A stretch of DNA of 64,000 nucleotides from Octopus vulgaris (Eukaryota): NCBI GenBank assembly GCA_951406725.2, contig OX597833.1:48112001-48176000 (forward strand), given 5' to 3'. A model generated the notes under the pieces. It was not told the origin of the DNA, searched no databases, and saw nothing but the letters and a program-made list of their open reading frames with translations. Shown here in pieces: positions 1-12,922 of the stretch (positions within the stretch are counted from its first letter, which is position 1; every line of letters starts with the position of its first letter). Both the position numbers and the translations under genes were made by a program.

Positions 1-616
1 ACTTGTGCCCCATGCATGTAGGGTGCTAAGGGCACCATCCAAGCATGATCGTTGCCAGAGCAGCTAACTGGCTTCTGTGCCAGTGATATGTAAAAGGCAT
101 TATTCGAGCGTAATCGTTACCAGCGTCACCTTACTGGCACTTGTGCCGGTGGCATGTGTAAAAACATTTGAGCGAGGTCATTGCCAGTACTGCCTGATTG
201 GCCCCCCTGCCAGCGGCACGTAAAAGCACCCACTACACTCTCGGAGCGGTTGGCATTAGGAAGGGCATCCAGCTGTAGAAACTCTGCCAGATCAAGATTG
301 AAGCCTGGTGCAGCCATCTGGTTCGCCAGTCTTCAGTCAAATCGTCCAACCCATGCTAGCATGGAAAGTGGACGTTAAACGATGATGATGATGATGATGA
401 TGATGATGAAGAAGGTAAAGAAGGAGCCTACAAATTCTAAAGACAGAAAACTTAAAGGGCTGACTGTCAAAGACCAAATACAAACAAGATGGTGGTAATG
501 ATTTTTAGGGAGCAGCAGTTGAAGAAAAGAAACTATTAGAATAAAGGGGCTTATGACTAACAGGAAACTTAACGGAGAAATGATGTACCTGAGAAGAGAA
601 GTGGGTGACATGTTAA

Positions 617-836
617 CCCCTTAGTATTCAGATTACTCTGTTAAATGTAATGCTATTTATTCCCATTGTCTTTTTATTAATCATGTACTATCTCGTGGCT
701 TCAAGATTTTGATGATGTGATTGTTTATTTTTAGAATGATATTGCAGGGCTGGTGTGAGATGTTGAATCTGGCCAGTTTGAACATAAAAGCGGCAGAATA
801 TTTTAGCCAGATGTGGCCAATTCAAATGCTAAAGGA
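617..836. mobile_element. TTAA-flanked piggyBac-type MITE, family 1 (other copies about 37485-37670, 43716-44348, 47675-48346)
   Basis: ttaa|ccccttagtattcag...aatgctaaagga|ttaa; the copies at 43716 and 47675 are each split by a SINE. Confidence 0.65.
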
Positions 837-840
837 TTAA

Positions 841-1060
841 CCCTTTCATTACTGTATTTATTTTGAGATGCACTGTGTTTCTTTCAATTACTTTAAATAT
901 AACAAAGAATTTAGTAAAATAACTTAGTTATCATTCAGCTAGTGTTAGGAACATAAATTGTGACTAAGGTTTGGTGGAAGATTTTAATTCAAAACTTATG
1001 GAAACAAGACATTTGTACTCCAAGCCAGAGCCGGTTTCAGCCAGATTGGTAACAAAAGGG
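841..1060. mobile_element. TTAA-flanked piggyBac-type MITE, family 2
   Basis: ttaa|ccctttcattac...gtaacaaaaggg|ttaa; shares TTAA 837-840 with the adjacent MITE. Confidence 0.75.
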
Positions 1061-1405
1061 TTAAAGATCAAGACAAAGGGTGCTTGACCAGAAGGTTCAT
1101 CAGAGCAATGACCATGGAAATAATTATAGAAAAGAAACAACAAAAATACATTTTGATGATGAGTCAATGGTTTCAACCTAGTGGAAAGAAGAAGACTCAC
1201 CATGTTAACGAGTCGACTCTTTGAAGGGGTTTATATGATAGGAAATATAATTTTTGAAGTGTTCATGGTATCATAGTGAGGATTTAATCAAAGACTTTGC
1301 AATGAAAAAACTAGGAGAAAACTTTTCAAAAATAAACATTATTTTCCGTCTTAATGTTAGTTTCGTTTCATATATATATTTAAGAAAGTTATTTTTATTT
1401 TCTAG

Positions 1406-1528
1406 ATTCTATAATTTTTCCAAATAAAGAACCATTGCCAGAAAGCACCACACAAGACACATACTGTGGCAAAATAGCTCCTCGTTTATATCCTATAAAA
1501 ATGGCAGAAACGGTTTTACGATCCCAAG
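1406..1528 (+). CDS. SAXO/FAM154-like (stabilizer of axonemal microtubules) internal exon; first exon visible in window, gene 5' partial
   Basis: Acceptor ttttctag|AT; reads xAT-SIIFPNKEPLPESTTQDTYCGKIAPRLYPIKMAETVLRSQ-G|gtaatt. The phase-1 end joins the 'GA' start of exon 10333 to give Gly. ESTTQDTY resembles the SAXO repeat (TT..x.Y/F). Confidence 0.8.
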
Positions 1529-4500
1529 GTAATTATTTCCTTTTATATTTCGTTTGCAAGATTCTTGATGTGAACTCATGTGTTGAAACAGATTTTATTG
1601 TATGTTGGAATGTCATGATGTCAATAATAAACACACATACACACACTGGTTTTATTTCACTTCTTTTATTATTAGTCAATTAGTTGAAATCGAAATTGAA
1701 ATCAAATTCAACGACTGGCATCCATGCTAGTGGAGCGTTAAGAGCACCATCCGAGTGTGATCGTTGCCTGAGTGGCTAACTGGCTTCTGTGCCGATGGCA
1801 AGTAAAAAGCACCATTCGAGCATGATCATTACCAGCGTTTCCTTACTGGCACATGAAAAAACATTCGAGCAAGGTCGTTGCCAGTGCCACTGGACTGGCT
1901 CCTGTGCAGGTGGCACATAAAAAACCACCATTTGAGCGTGGCAGTTGCTAGTATCGCCTGACTGGCCCTCATGCTGGTGGTATGTAAAATCACCCACTAC
2001 ACTCTTGGAGTGGTTGGCATTAGGAAGGGCATCCAGCTGTAGAAACTCTGCCAGATCAAGATTGGAGCTTGGTGCAGCCATCTGCTTAGCCAGTCCTCAG
2101 TCAAATCGTCCAACCCATGCTAGCATGGAAAGCGGATGTTAAACGATGATGATGATGATGATGATGAGCTGGCAGAATCATTAGCACACTGGACAAAATG
2201 CTTATCAGTATTTCATCCACCTTTATGTTCTGAGTTCAAATTCCATTGAGTTCAACTTTACCTTTCATCCTTTTGGGGTTGATAAAATAAGTACCAGTCA
2301 AGAACTGGGGTTGATGTAATCAATTTACCCACCCTCAAAATTTCAGGTCTTGTGCCTGTTGTAGGGTGGATTATTAGTCAATTAGTTAACATTCAACCAA
2401 TTAACTAATCAATTATTTGATTAATTGTTTGGTCAGTCAATCTCTGAGCTAGGTTTGTTAAAGTTCTTTCATTGGAATTCACAACATGATCTCTCTACAT
2501 CAGGTCTGTATGTCTTTCTGTCTATCCTCTTAGTTTACAGATTCAGAAGTAGAGAGAGCACGTCATTGATGTGGTTGCGAGCTGGCAGAAACGTTAGCAC
2601 ACCGGGTGAAATGCGTAGCTGTATTTCGTCTGCCGTTATGTTCTGAGTTCAAATTACACCGAGGTTGACTTTGCCTTTCATCCTTTCGAGGTCAATAAAT
2701 TAAGTACCAGTTACGCACTGGGGTCGATGTAATCGACTTAATCTGTTTGTCCTTGTTTGTCCTCTCTGTGTTTAGCCCCTTGTAGGTAGTAAAGAAATAG
2801 GTTAAAAATGAAATGACAACAAAAAGTTTTTTCACAAACCTAGCTGACTGATTGATTAATTAAATGATGAAATCAAGTAATTGATTTGTTAATTGGTTAA
2901 ATGTTAACTAATTAATTAACTAATAATATTATGAAAAGTAAAAGTGGAAAGCTGGCAGAATCATTACTGTGCCAGGTGAAATTCTTAGCAGCCTTTTGTC
3001 TGTTTTTACATTCTGAGGTTGGGATTAAGACCTTGCCTTGTGCTGAGTAAATAAGGCCTTAACTTGAACCTATTTCTTTATTACCCACAAGGGGCTAAAC
3101 ACAGAGCGGACAAACAAGGACAGACATAGGTATTAAGTCGATTACATCGACCCCAGTGCGTAACTGGTACTTAATTTATCGACCCCGAAAGGATGAAAGG
3201 CAAAGTCGACCTCGGTGGAATTTGAACTCACAACGTAACGCAGACGAAATACCGCTAAGCATTTCGCCCGGCATGCTAACGTTTCTGCCAGCTCGCCGCC
3301 TGAACTTGAACCACATGAAACAATGGACATTGAAGCCAAATAACAATGGTGGTTGCAATGGTGGAACATGGAGCATGGATGCTAAATGATGATGGCAGTG
3401 ATAGTGGCGGTGCTACATGGAACATGGATGTTAAATAGTGATGGAATTAAATAATGAAGGTGGTGACAGTGGCATAACATGGAAGACGGATGCTGAATAA
3501 TGAGGTGATGGTGGCACAACATGGAATATTTATGCTAAATAATGATAGTTGAAATGGTGTCAGTGCTACATGGTAGCACAGTGGTGCAATGTGGAATATG
3601 GATGGTAAATAATGATGGAAGTGCTGACAGTGACAGCAACAGCAGCAATGATGATTTAACATCTCATCTTTGATAAGAACAAGCTAAAATGAATTGCCAA
3701 ATTATCTTTTGAAGGACAATGAATTTCAGAACAGGAGGAAGCATGTGGATGGAAGAGTTACTGAAGAGGTCACAGATGTGTGATGAAAGATTTCTGGACA
3801 TAAGATAAAATAAGAACAATAATAAGCAAGTGAAGAATGAATATGTAGTGTGTGTATTTATTTGGCAAAAAAAAAAAAATAACCCATCCCAAATTATATT
3901 GGGTATCAAGCTGCTGGATCATGGCTGTTGCCAGCCTTGCCTGGGTCCCGTGCTGGTGGCACATAAAAAGCACCATCCGACTGTGGCCGTTTGCCAGCCC
4001 CATCTGGCACCTGTGCCGGTGGCATGTAAAAAGCACCCACTACACTCACGGAGTGGTTGGCGTTAGGAAGGGCATCCAGCGTAGAAACATTGCCAGATCA
4101 GACTGGGCCTGGTGCAGCCTTCTGGCTTCCCAGACCCTAGTTGAACCGTCCAACCAATGCTAGCATGGAAAGCGGACGCTAAATGATGATGATGATAATG
4201 ATGATGTTTCAACACATGATTTCACATTGGGAGTCTTGCAAAACAAATTCATAAACGTAAAATATATCATATATTTTTAAACCAATTATATTTGTTTTTC
4301 ATTGCTATGTGCTTTGTGATTCATTCTCATTCGAAGTGTACTCCTGTTTCTCTTAAATACGGTTGTTCCTGTTGTTACTTTATCCTAGTGACATTTAGTC
4401 TGTTTTTATGTTTTGAGTTCAAATTACACTGCAGTCAACTTTGCCTTTCACCCAAACCTTTTGGAGTTTGATGAAATAAGTACCAGTTGAGCACTGGGGT

Positions 4501-4779
4501 TGATGTAATCACTTGCACCCATCCACACAATTGCTGGTCTTGTACCAAAATTTGAAACCAATATTATATAGCTGGATGTAGAGAACTTCAACTAACAGAA
4601 ACCAGAGGTGTCAACTTGCTGCCCAATATGTTCAAGAGTACTCACTGACATTCTAAAGCAGAAATTGTTAATAATTAGAATAATTAGAATTAGAATCTGA
4701 AAGCAATCAGTTACCAAAATATATGTCTGTCATTTCATGACCTACATCCAGGCAATTACTGTTTTATATTTTTTAATCA

Positions 4780-4784
<5 letters not shown>

Positions 4785-4816
<32 letters not shown>

Positions 4817-5185
4817 TGTGTACAGTGCTCAGGTGCACTACAACTCATCTAAAGTGTATATATAATCAGGTGTAGTTTCGGCGGATTTCGGAAAGCATGA
4901 GGGCCTTAAAGGATGCAGTGTCATGGCAGTCAACAACTGACGCAGGCAGTTTATTCCACGCTTCAGCAACCCTGAGCGTGAAAAAATGTTTCCGAAAGTC
5001 ATGGGAGCTGTGTTGTTTTCTGACTTTGTAGGCATGTCCACGTGTGTTAGACACATGGAGATCAAAAAGGTGTTCAGTGTTGTTGTTGGTGAGGTGGTTG
5101 ATAACCTTGTGGGTGTTTACCAAGTCCGTCGCCAGACGCCGGAGCTTCAGTGAATCCATGCCCAGGGAAACAAGGCGCTCAAGCA
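4785..5185 (-). mobile_element. CR1-clade LINE 3' fragment, (TTA)n-tail family (also 6150-6500, 10760-11165, tail only 39751-39800)
   Basis: ERLVSLGMDSLKLRRLATDLV...TRGHAYKVRKQ...RKHFFTLRVAEAWNKLP. Confidence 0.85.
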
Positions 5186-5301
5186 AGATTATTTACCAAA
5201 TAGCCATTTTTTCCAACAAGCAAAGTTCCTAGTTCTAAAATCTCTATAAGAGATGCTAGTAGTAACTCTACAGAAAAGTAATGGTCATTACCACCTCAAC
5301 A

Positions 5302-5990
5302 GGGCTGTTCTGCAGAGAACAATATTACTAATCTTTTTAACCCCTGGAGGACACCTCCAGCTGGTTAAAAACACAGGATCTGTATCCAATATATTGCAAA
5401 TGTAACATGGATGAGAGATTCCCGCACTGGATGGGTGCAGATCGCATCCTTTACATTAAATATTAATCGAAGAAAGAGTCAAGATTTCTGATTAACTTCA
5501 ACAGTATAAATATTTATTCTTTGATTTACTATATAAACATTTCCTTCCTCTGGGCGAATCGGCAGCCTAGGAGCTTATCGGCAGTAGTCAAGTGGAGTGG
5601 GTCAATCCTGCCCGTTCAAGCATAGCGGAGAGGCACCACGAGGTAGCTGCTCGAGAGAGCTGATGAAGACACGTCTGTCTTGTTCAGCTGCTGGCGTCCA
5701 AGAGAGTGATACAAGAGAATTTCACTGCTGCTAGTTTTCTGCACATGCGCATGAGGGAACTTCCGGCAGGCCTTCTGGAGGACTCCAACCCTGCGCATGC
5801 ATGCTGGAGATTTCCAAGATGGCATCACTACACAAACAAGAGAATGAACAACTCCCATTGCTGCTAGATGGGAGTTGTTCACTCCCTTGTTTCCAATATA
5901 TCGGACACAGATATTGTGTCATTAGCCAGCTGGAGGAGGTGTCATCCCGTGGTTAAAAAGAGTTGTAACATTGTTCTATGCAGAACAACC
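5302..5990. mobile_element. Palindromic MITE-like element interrupted by a solo LTR
   Basis: Left arm 5302-5400 is the reverse complement of 5890-5990; removing 5401-5836 restores a continuous hairpin centred on gaacaactcccat-tgctgctag-atgggagttgttc. Confidence 0.8.
5401..5832 (-). mobile_element. Solo LTR (432 bp), 4-bp TSD, Gypsy-like
   Basis: TGTAACA...CACTACA termini; caaa duplicated at 5397-5400 and 5833-5836; AATAAA on the minus strand near 5513. Confidence 0.75.
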
Positions 5991-6606
5991 ACATTTATCA
6001 TGTTTACTCTCAACCAAAGTAAGGCCCTATAACCTCACTACCTTCTTTTCTATAACCATTACATTTAAAAAAAAATTTCTAGCAGAATTCCATTCAAATA
6101 GTTTTTTACCTGTTTTTTACTATGATATTCTCTGATGAAAAGTAGACTATAATAATAATAATGAAATTATTGTATACAGTGCTCAGGTGCATCACAACTT
6201 GTCAGAAAGTGCATATAAAGTATATGCAGTAATGTAAAAATGTCTGGAAAGCGAACAATGCATGAGTCAGATACATGCCTGTGTGTGTATGGAGGGGAGA
6301 AAATCAGGTGTAGTGTTGGCGAATCTCAGAAAGCATGGAAGTCTTGAAGGATGCAGTGCTCCGACAACTAACAACTGATGCCAGCAGTTTGTTCCATGCT
6401 TCAGCAACTCTCAGCGTGAAAAAATGTTTCCTGAAGTCATGGGAGTTGTGCTGTTTTCTGACTTTGTAAATATGTCCATGGGTGTTAGATGGGTGGAGTT
6501 CCATATATATATATATGTTCCAGTTGAGTGTAGCAGTGAGATTTTCCTCAATAAACTTCATTATTATTTTTTGAATAGAGGAAACTCATATTTAATATGC
6601 TGTATA

Positions 6607-7103
6607 ATTGATATAGGATAAAATTTTTTTCAGGAAAAAAATTTTATCAATGGCCAGCATGTCAAAAAATGCCTTTAAAGGTAAAATTTATACATAATTT
6701 ACAAGATAAGGGCAGAAGCAAAATTCTAATGCCAGATACGCCGAAACAAAAAAATTGTCGATAACCATAATTTAATGGTTATCGACAATAACCATTAAAG
6801 AAATAGGACTGAACCCCAAATCATGTGGTTGCAAAGCAATCTTCTAAACCACACAGCCATGCCATCACCTGTTTTATGAAACAGTGTCCTATAACTAACA
6901 CAGGATGGTTGATGATATAATTGTCAATTGATTTATTTTACAGTCAACTACCTCTTTGCCAGAGCTATGCTTTACCTGGGCAACAACATTGAATATATGC
7001 TATGTTATTGTTTCTAAGATAACCATTAAATTATGGTTATTGACAATTTTTTTGTTTCGGTGTATCTGGCATTAGAATTTTTCTTCTGCCCTTATCTTGT
7101 AAA
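6607..7103. mobile_element. Foldback insertion carrying a captured 223-bp local sequence
   Basis: 14-bp direct repeat taatatgctgtata (6593-6606, 7104-7117); inverted arms about 6698-6783 and 7018-7103; centre 6796-7018 duplicates 8643-8865. Confidence 0.75.
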
Positions 7104-8236
7104 TAATATGCTGTATATATATTCTTTTACTTGTTTCAGTCATTTGACTGTAGCCATGCTGGAACATGGGTTTTAGCCAAAGAAATCAACCCCCAGGACT
7201 TATTCTTTGTAAGCCTAGTACTTATTCTATCAGTCTCTTTTGGCAAACTGCTAATGTTACAGGGACGTAAACACACCAACATTGGTTATCAAGTGATGGC
7301 AAGGGGACACACACACACAGACACACATATAAACACATACATACCTATCATCATCATTTAACGTCTGCCTTCCATGCAATATATATATATATATATATAA
7401 ATTATAAAAAACACCACCTTTTATCAATTCAATAATGAAAAATTCAATTATACCATTCAGAAAAATTACATATTATAGAAAGATTTTTTTTCTAATTTAT
7501 ATATATATATTATATTTTGTGAAATTTGAGTTAGTATTTCTAAATTGAATTTTTCCCTGTAAGTTTGGAATAATATTCCCTCATATTATATATATATATT
7601 CATACACACACATATGACAGGCATCTTTCAGTTTCCATCTACCAAATCTACTTACAAGGCTTTGGTTGGCTGAAGACAATAGTAGAAGATACTTGCTCAA
7701 AATGCCATGCAGTGGGATTGAACCCGAAACCAGAGGAAGCAAGCTTCTTACCAAACAGCCATGACTGCACCTATATATATATATAGATATCTTTATCTTT
7801 ATATATAGATATCTTTATCTGGAACTTATTCTATTGGTCTCTTGCGCCAAACTGCTAATTTACAAACCGACCAATACTTTTTGTCTAGTGGTGATGGGGC
7901 TGGTGACAAACAGGCAAAACACACACACACACACACATACTCACACACACACGCACACATGCACACATACAAACACACACACATGCACACACACACACAC
8001 ACACGCACACATACAAACACACACACATGCACACACATACACACACATGCACACATATAAACACACACATACAAACACACACACGCACATGCACACACAC
8101 ACACACATACACAAACACATCATGAGCTTCCACACAGTTTCCAGTGACTAAACTCATTCACAAGGCATCGCTCATGCCAGGACTACAGTTGAAGGCACTT
8201 GCCCAAGGTACCTTACAGTAAGACTGAACCCCAACT

Positions 8237-8653
8237 AGGCAGCGAGCTGGCAGAAACATTAGCACGCCGGGTGAAATGCTTAGCGGTATTTCGTCTGCCG
8301 TTACGTTCTGAGTTCAAATTCCGCCGAGGTCGACTTTGCCTTTCATCCTTTCGGGGTCGATTAAATAAGTACCAGTTATGCACTGGGATCGATGTAATCG
8401 ACTTAATCCGTTTGTCTGTCCTTGTTTGTCCCCTCTATGTTTAGCCCCTTGTGGGTAATAAAGAAATATGTATTTCGTCTGCCGTTACGTTCTGAGTTCA
8501 AATTCCGCCGAGGTTGACTTTGCCTTTCATCCTTTCGGGGTTGATAAATTAAGCACCAGTTATGCACTTGGGTCGATGTAATCGACTTAATACCTATGTC
8601 TATCCTTGTTTGTCCCCTATGTGTTTAGCCCCTTGTGGGTAGTAAAGAAATAG
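8237..8653 (+). mobile_element. SINE family C (MetaSINE-like central domain), internally duplicated copy
   Basis: Central gcctttcatcctttcggggtcgataaa.taagtaccag; body present twice; TSD gactgaaccccaa at about 8222 and 8655. Monomers at 2578-2801, 60795-61026, 51065-51240 (+) and 3069-3300, 12420-12635 (-). Confidence 0.8.
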
Positions 8654-9047
8654 GACTGAACCCCAAATCATGTGGTTGCAAAGCAATCTTCTAAACCACA
8701 CAGCCATGCCGTCACCTGTTTTATGAAACAGTGTCCTATAACTAACACAGGATGGTTGATGATATAATTGTCAATTGATTTATTTTACAGTCAACTACCT
8801 CTTTGCCAGAGCTATGCTTTACCTGGGCAACAGCATTGAATATATGCTATGTTATTGTTTCTAAGTTTACTATTGATAAAAAAGGGAAAAATCAATGAAA
8901 TTGAGAGGTCAATTACTCAGTTCTACTGTGCAGCACCTTGAGCAATTACTTTTTACTGTAGCTCTGGATCAACCAATGCCTTGTGAGTGAATTTGGTAGA
9001 TGGGAAACTATGTGGAAGTCTACTGTATGTATGTATGTATGTATGTA

Positions 9048-9352
9048 GTCATAAAACGAGACAGATGAGTGACAACCTGGCCACTGGTGGTGGTGTTACA
9101 CACCATACTAATCATATCTGTCGGGCATGTGGAACAGAGTGTAATTCGGCAGGAGGACTTAAACGACATGCAAAGGTACATGAAGCCCAGTTACAACTAC
9201 ATCCGGCTATTACCGGTAAAGGTTTTAGTTGCCAATTTTGTACAAGACATTGTAGATCTTTAGCTGGGCTAAAAAGTCACATTCGATCACAGCACCAGTA
9301 ACAGTTAAGCTTCATGCAATGGCCATACTTGATAACGAGGGGGCAACCATAA
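9048..9352 (+). mobile_element. Non-LTR retrotransposon (RTE-like) 3' end with two C2H2 zinc fingers
   Basis: CRACGTECNSAGGLKRHAKVH and CQFCTRHCRSLAGLKSHIRSQH, stop, short 3' UTR, then (TATG)n tail; embedded in a (TATG)n tract with no usable splice context. Confidence 0.6.
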
Positions 9353-9975
9353 TGTATGTATGTATGTATTATGTATGTATGTATGTATGTATTATGTATG
9401 TATGTATGTATGTATGTATGTATGTATGTATGTATTATGTATGTATGTATGTATGTATGTACGTATGTATGTATTATGTATGTATGTATGTATTATGTAT
9501 GTATTATGTATGTATGTACGTATGTATGTACATATTTATGTATATATGTACATATGTATGTATGTATGTAAGTATGCATGTATGCATGTACATATGTATA
9601 TGTGTACATATGCTCATATGTAAGTATGTATGTATGCAGGTATATATGAATGTACATATGCACATATATATGTATGTGTGTATGTATGTATATACATATG
9701 TATGTAAGCATGTATGCATGTACATATGTATGTAGGCATGTATGTATGCACGTACATATGTATGTATGGATGGATGCATATACATATATATATAAGCATT
9801 TATGTATGCATGTATATATGTATGTAGGTATGAATGTACATATGTAAGTGTATGTATGTATGTATGTATGTATGCACACATGTATGTAAATATGCATGTA
9901 TGTAGGTATGCGTGTAAGTATGTGTATATGTATGCATGTATGTATGTATGTATGCATGCATGCATGTATATATGT
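9352..9975. repeat. (TATG)n microsatellite, degenerating distally
   Basis: Direct reading; source of many spurious MYVC/HTYI ORFs. Confidence 0.95.
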
Positions 9976-10332
9976 GTTTTTGTATCGACAACTGGTGTTG
10001 GTTTGTTTATGTCACCATAACTTAGCAATTCAGCACAAGAAGTCGATATGATAAATACCAGACTTAAATAGAAGTACTGTGGTAGATTTGCTCGACTAAA
10101 ACCCTTCAAGGTGGTGCCCCAGAATGGCCACAATCCAGTACTGGAACAAGTAAAAAATAAATGATACAAAGTAGAAAATTAAGCTATAATTTATCAGTAA
10201 TGATTATGTTTTACTTCTAAATTAAATTTCAATGTTTGTAATTAATAAAAACTAAAAATCTGACATCTTAATTAAATTATCCATTGTTGTATTAAAAGCA
10301 TTGCAATTCCCATTTGTTATATTCTCATTAAG

Positions 10333-10579
10333 GAAATATGGACATGAAGACAACCCATCAAGCAACATTTAAACCGTACACTGCACAAGTAAGATCAAAA
10401 AAAGATGATTACAAAAGTAAAAGTGAAAATGGAAGTAATTTAGGAGTGAATAACCATATAAAATTTGATGGAAAAACTCATTTTCAGCAGGCGTATCCAG
10501 GTTTTAAAGAAAGGCAACCTTCACCAGCTAAAATGGTGAAACCGCCACAGACATCATTGAAATTATCATATGATAACAG
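10333..10579 (+). CDS. SAXO/FAM154-like exon
   Basis: Acceptor ctcattaag|GA; GNMDMKTTHQATFKPY...KFDGKTHFQQAYPGFKERQPSPAKMVKPPQTSLKLSYDN-AG|gttatt. Phase 1 in, phase 2 out; two SAXO-like repeats. Confidence 0.85.
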
Positions 10580-12783
10580 GTTATTGCTTTTATCTAAAAA
10601 TGATAGAGTAAATATATTTTTAACATGAGTTCATTTAATGTGTATAGTTTGATCTTCTGGGCCATTTCTCTAATGTGTGCTTTCTTGTAACTTGAGGGTA
10701 TAAATCCTTAAAATCCTTAAAAATGTTTCAGCCCAAAGGCTGTGGCCATGCTGGGGCAAATTATTGTATACAGTGCTCAGGTGCACCACAACTTGTCAAA
10801 AGTGTGTGTAAAGCATATGTAGTAATGTACAAATGTCTGGAAAGTGAACAGTGTAGGGCTCAGATACATGCTTGCATGTGTATGGAGGGGAGAAAATCAG
10901 GTGTAGTGTTGGCGAATCTCAGGAAGCATGGAAGTTTTGAAGGATGCAGTGCTCCGACAACTAACAACTGATGCCGGCAGTCTGTTCCATGCTTCAGCAA
11001 CTCTTAGTGTGAAAAAATGTTTCCTAAAGTCATGGGAGCTGTGCTGTTTTCTGACTTTGTAAACATGTCCACAGGTGTTAGACAGGTGTAGTTTGAAAAG
11101 GTGCTCAGAGTTATTGTTTGTAAGATGGTTAATAATTTTATGGGTGTACCTCTGCACCATCCTCTCTTCTTTTCCAACTGAGGTAGCCATGTATCTTCTT
11201 TACTGCAAGAGATCTGTTTCTATCCTTTTATTATAACTTCTCATCATCTGGCATACCACCCCCTGCCACTGGTCCCTCATTACTACATTCCTTTGGTTGA
11301 AGGCCCTTGAATTGTGAGTTACTTAGTGATCTCCCTTATGCTGGTGCCATGTAAAAAAAAAAAGCTCCCCCTTCCCCCAGTACACTATGAAATGGTTGGT
11401 ATGTCGAAGGAGACACTAAAGCATGACACAGTCCATGGACCCATTAAATCCTGTCAATCCATCTAACTAATGCCAGCATGGAACATAGATGTTAAATGAC
11501 AATGACGAAGGAGTTTAAGTAATATACCAAAACAACTGTAATACATACATTACAAGTGTTCTATGCAGAGAACATACGATTGCTGCATAATTCAACATGA
11601 ATGTGAAATGACATTAAACATCGTATAAGGTAAATGAAGGTTTCTGTAGGAAAGATAAGTCATATTCACTTAGTGAGTTTACATGCGCAAGGATGAATTA
11701 TGATGTTGTCATTGTCAGCATTAGATGCAGTAAGAGCTGATAACAGTGATATTGGTGGTGAAGAATTTCATTGTGTTGTAACGTGGAGAAAGCGAGCAAA
11801 TAGCTTCCTGGTGCAAATGCAAGCTAGACTCGCTCTGCAGAGAAAAAGTCATCTATTTAAAGAAATTGCTGGGCTCCATTGTGATAGTTAGAAACTCCAA
11901 GCAACTCACTTTTACTTGGATGAAGGTCAGTGACATGACAAAAATGAAAGACTGGAGAAAATGACTGGCAGTATTTAGTTATCTCTCTATTTGTTGTAAA
12001 TTCAAATCTTTATGAGGTTGACTTTGCCTTTCATCATCCCTCTAGGGTTGGTGAAAAAGATTTTAGTTCTGTACTCTCTCTCTTTCTCTCTGTGCAAGGG
12101 TGGCATGCAGATTTGTGAAGCAGTTCTTATTTTTTATAAGGCAGTTTTCCACTTTGGCCACAATCCATTGAATGAAACTACTAAAAGGATAAAAGAATAT
12201 GGAAACTGTGTGAAGCTTTTTAGATGAATTGTACCTATAATTCAAATGTACAGCCTTGTCACACACTGTGTCATGCTGAATCTAACCTGAGGATTACATT
12301 AGGGGTACAAGTGTCTGTGGAATACTCAGCCACTTATATGCTAATTCAATGAGATGGTAGTTTAGTCTAAGTCTATGGAACAGCTGAATCCTCATCATTG
12401 AAACTGACAGAAACCCAATTACTTAGTATTGCTAGTTTCAAAGTTTGGTATAGGACCAGGAGTTTTTGAGGAGAGGATAGAGTTGATTACATTGTTCCTA
12501 GTAATTGAGTGGTACATCCAAAAGGATGAAAGGCAAAGTAAATCTTGGTGGAATTTGAACTCATAACATAACGGCAGACGAAATGCTGCTAAGCATTTTG
12601 TCAAGCATGCTAATGGCTCTGCCAGCTTGCTGCCTTAACAATAAGGGTTTCAAATTTTGGCACAGGGTCAGCAGTTTTTGAGGAGAGGGATAATTTATCA
12701 ATTTCTTATTTTACTGACCTTTGATTTTGATTTCAATAGTGTTTTTTTCACTTAGAAATGCTTTTTTTTTAAAATATCGATAG

Positions 12784-12922
12784 ATGGTGTTTTGAAACTG
12801 AACAAAGAGCTATATACAAAGGTCATGATATTCAAAAACACCCTGTGCGACAATCTTTCAAGAAAGAACCAGAAAAATATGTCAAACCAACTGTAAAGGT
12901 GGAAAGTTTGTCTTCTCAAAAG
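12784..12922 (+). CDS. SAXO/FAM154-like exon (missed by the ORF track)
   Basis: tag|A completes Arg (phase 2), then WCFETEQRAIYKGHDIQKHPVRQSFKKEPEKYVKPTVKVESLSSQK|gtatgt (phase 0); open and phase-compatible on both sides. Confidence 0.85.

Noticed and set aside
126-378. Recurrent ORFs [29 protein letters not shown] and QSFDCGHAGAPP across the window
   Set aside because: Chance frames in non-coding SINE families.
6700-6770. Possible hammerhead (gccGAAACAAaaaaaTTGTC with GUC)
   Set aside because: Stem III is plausible, but the upstream core reads AAGATAA without 3-8 complementarity and no stem I forms.
9319-10169. Long ORFs (up to 221 aa) of MYVC/HTYI composition, likewise 7826-8157, 17062-17340 and 30916-31240
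   Set aside because: Translations of microsatellites.
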